This document shows positions 33,979 to 36,622 of a stretch of 36,622 nt of DNA, in pieces. The notes under the pieces were generated by a model. That model was not told the DNA's origin, ran no database searches, and saw only the letters and a list, made by a program, of their open reading frames with translations. A program made the translations under genes and the position numbers. This DNA is from Octopus sinensis (Eukaryota), in assembly GCF_006345805.1 (NCBI RefSeq), contig NW_021824670.1:1-36622 (forward strand), given 5' to 3'. The stretch's first letter is position 1. Each line of letters opens with the position of its first letter.

Positions 33979-34159
33979 CCGGTAGTTCACCGTCATCATT
34001 TCACCGTTTTTTTTCCATACAATAGTTTCTAACTATTAATGCTGAGGTCTTGCGGATATATTTTTGGCAGCAAATTTTTTTCGCGATGAATCTTCCTCAC
34101 AGTGAACTTACCTCATGGTTAACTTCCTTCACGGTGAATTATGGCGGTGAACTTACCTG
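33979..34159. mobile_element. Possible MITE (~180 bp) with ~29-bp imperfect TIRs and internal 15-16-bp repeats
   Basis: ccggtagttcaccgtcatcatttcaccgt vs reverse complement of acggtgaattatggcggtgaacttacctg; internal tcac(g/a)gtgaacttacc-like units; no clear TSD. Confidence 0.5.
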
Positions 34160-34569
34160 TAATCGGGTCTTTCATTGGTTTTTATTTGGCTACGTTCATG
34201 GGCCAGCCGCATAGTTTGCCAGTCCACATGCAGGGTATTTTCACGAGATACCACACGCGTGGATGCACATTTCTTACTTGGTAAATTAGGTAAGGGAGTC
34301 GGTTCAGTAGCTGACCCCTTAAACATTTAACAGGTAGTATTGGGTTACCAATTGCAGGATCTTTCTGACATAAACCAAGGTATATATTATTGGCCCTATA
34401 TTCAGGGATGGTGTTTATGTCATTGGTTAAATACGTAGCGTTGCTGGCAACTGCAATTCCACAAACGTAATATTAGTGACAAAACAACGAACAATGTAAA
34501 ATGAAGAAAATGAGTTCAATACCTATATATTTACTCTGCAATTATATATTGGTTTCAAATTTTGGCACA

Positions 34570-34755
34570 AGGCCAGCAATTATGGAGTAAGGGTAAGTCG
34601 ATTACATCGACCCCAGTACTTAACTGGCCCTTATTTTATCTATCCCGAAGGGATGAAGGGCAAAATCGATCTCATTGGAATTTGAACTCAGAACTTAAAG
34701 ACGGACGAAATGCCGCTAAGCATTTTGGCCAAGTACTGACGATTCTGCCTTATCG
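34570..34755 (-). mobile_element. Second SINE family fragment
   Basis: gtaagtcgattacatcgaccccagtac...ccgaagggatgaaggg...gaatttgaactcagaac...gattctgcc. Confidence 0.8.
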
Positions 34756-35029
34756 CCACTTATCTCTATAATTATATATTGGAAAGTAGATACGTAAGTT
34801 GGTTTCTGTTCAGCTTACCGCACTTAGTTACATAAAGTTTTATGGTATGACAGTTCAAACCTCAATTAGATCAACTACCTTTCATCCTTTTGAGGTGAGT
34901 GAAAATGTATTAATCCTGAGCGGTGAATTGGCGAAACTGCCCGCCGAGTTGGGAAAAATGTTTTGTGGCATCTCTTTCGACTCTGGTTTCTAATAGCCAG
35001 GACTGCATCTACACGGGGGCTAAGCTATA

Positions 35030-35140
35030 TCGGCCAAATTCGACAACAGTATTGCCCTAGGACAGAATCAGAGGCGTGGACAGTAGAGACCTGCAAGCAA
35101 AGACAACTGCAAGTCTTTAGCAACAAATGTCGACTAGGCA
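35030..35140 (+). mobile_element. Short RTE-like C-terminal remnant
   Basis: ESEAWTVETCKQRQLQVFSNKC resembles the RTE motif YGSETWT...LQVFENKCLR. Confidence 0.4.
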
Positions 35141-35408
35141 TGCGTGTGTATGTGCAGATGGACGATCAGCCTTAACCAATCAAGTCTCTTATGGTAGTCA
35201 TCAGACGAGAATGTGAAGAGATTACGCAAAACATGTATTTGATTGATCGAAACTGCTGAATGTCTCAAATGTTACACCGAGTTTCTCTCTTTCTGAGTTT
35301 GTTAAGGAAACAGGCAACTGAATGCTCCTCTCACCTGCATAGAACAAATATCACAAATCGCCAAAAGATCCGAGTGTACCGATACGAAAATAATTTACTT
35401 TCAAAGAA

Positions 35409-35482
<74 letters not shown>

Positions 35483-35484
35483 AC

Positions 35485-35908
35485 ACACATCTGGAAAATC
35501 CTAGAAGGACTTGTCCCAAACATTGGCATCGTGAGTTTCACAAATACTAGAACTGCGTGCCACTGCATAATGCCAAAGACTCCAAATTTGCCATCAAGAT
35601 GTAGGACAAGATACTGCAATAGCCTAGGCTTCACAACTCTTTAATATCCTACCGAAGGACCTGAGAGACTTGCATGGGTGGATGTAGGTGTCTTCAAAAT
35701 AAAGTTGTACCTCTTCTTGTCAGGTGTCCCAGATGAATCAACTTCGCGGCAGGAGGTGCAGATGAGGGCAGCTGCATCAAACTCTCTCATGTACCAAATG
35801 TCAATCCCTAAAAAGCATTCGTGAAGTATAATTATGTAGCAACACCAAGTGGCGGTGCCCCAGCATGGCCACAGCTCGTGAGCTGAAACTAGATAAAATA
35901 AAAATAAA
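35485..35908 (+). mobile_element. 3' end of CR1/L2-group LINE (family B) with complete tail
   Basis: Reverse complement of 2183-2600; ends ggcggtgccccagcatggccacagctcgtgagctgaaactagataaaataaaaataaag; preceded by (TCTA)n. Confidence 0.92.
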
Positions 35909-36622
35909 GAAATAATAAAAATATATATACATACATACATACATATATATTATATATATATATATATATCTAATATATAAAATATATATACATACATATA
36001 TACATATATATATATGTGCACACACACATATATATTATACAATATGTAAATTTATACATATTATATATATGCACTTATATTAATATATACATATATTATG
36101 TATATATATGAAGACAGAACGAGATACTCGTTTTCCCTAAGGCCGTTTCTTCTCCCTTCTCCCAGCAAAATGGAGCATCAAATGGAGAAATGGGAAGATG
36201 GAAACAAAAATGAAAAAGAAAAAAAACAAACCCAAACAAGAAGGGAAAAAAAGATAAAATAAAGAAAGAAAGGAAATATAAAAAAAATTATGGCGATGCA
36301 AGCTTCAAAAATAACCCATATACCAAGATCAATCTTGCCATTAACACGTTGAAGTTGTTTGTACTTAGGAAATTCTCAATCTAAAATAGGTTAATAGATT
36401 TTACAGTTTTCTTTAATTTGATGTGCATTAATGAGAAACTCTCGTCAGTCTTTCGTAAAGTCAGTGTTAATGCATGAATGTGTGTGTGTGTGCGTGTTTG
36501 TACGTGTATGTGTGTGTGTGATGCGTGAGCGAGTCTGTGGTGAGGGCGTAAGATGCTTGCTCTCCATCTCTCACCATGCATGTTTGCATCTTCGCATGTG
36601 CTAATGTGGATATGTATGTATA

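Noticed and set aside
36508-36557. Possible pre-miRNA hairpin (TGGTGAG/CTCACCA)
   Set aside because: Only 7-bp and 5-bp helices separated by a large bulge, and no match to miRNA families I recall.
1-36622. The many 60-180-aa ORFs made of Y/I, C/V, H/T, L/S/I/Y, poly-V or poly-L
   Set aside because: They are translations of (TA)n, (GT)n, (CA)n, (TCTA)n and (TAG)n microsatellites with no protein-like complexity.

Overview
This is an AT-rich eukaryotic genomic window dominated by microsatellites and transposon copies. The repeat families look like those of an Octopus genome (inference from recalled SINE/LINE families, not verified). I can support no host protein-coding gene; nearly all ORFs in the supplied track are translated microsatellites. 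Contents: about 10 copies or fragments of a ~400-bp tRNA-headed SINE, several copies of a second SINE family, a nearly full-length but frameshifted CR1/L2-group LINE (11.7-15.4 kb, minus strand; CCCH-finger ORF1 remnant, AP endonuclease, RT), three fragments of a second such LINE family, a 1.6-kb RTE-clade LINE fragment and a decayed mariner transposase. The standout is at 4944-6481: a non-coding ~490-bp unit repeated 2.7 times head-to-tail, inserted in a (TA)n tract and ending in a perfect 228-bp fold-back. Each unit carries a complete type I hammerhead ribozyme with an unusually long (68-nt) stem II, giving three ribozymes on the minus strand and one on the plus strand. This is the architecture of a retrozyme (ribozyme-processed circRNA retroelement) of Penelope-like affinity. 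The window holds 10 recognisable hammerhead motifs from at least 4 unrelated families, plus 2 degenerate or partial ones. In three independent insertions the fold-back junction sits at the ribozyme.
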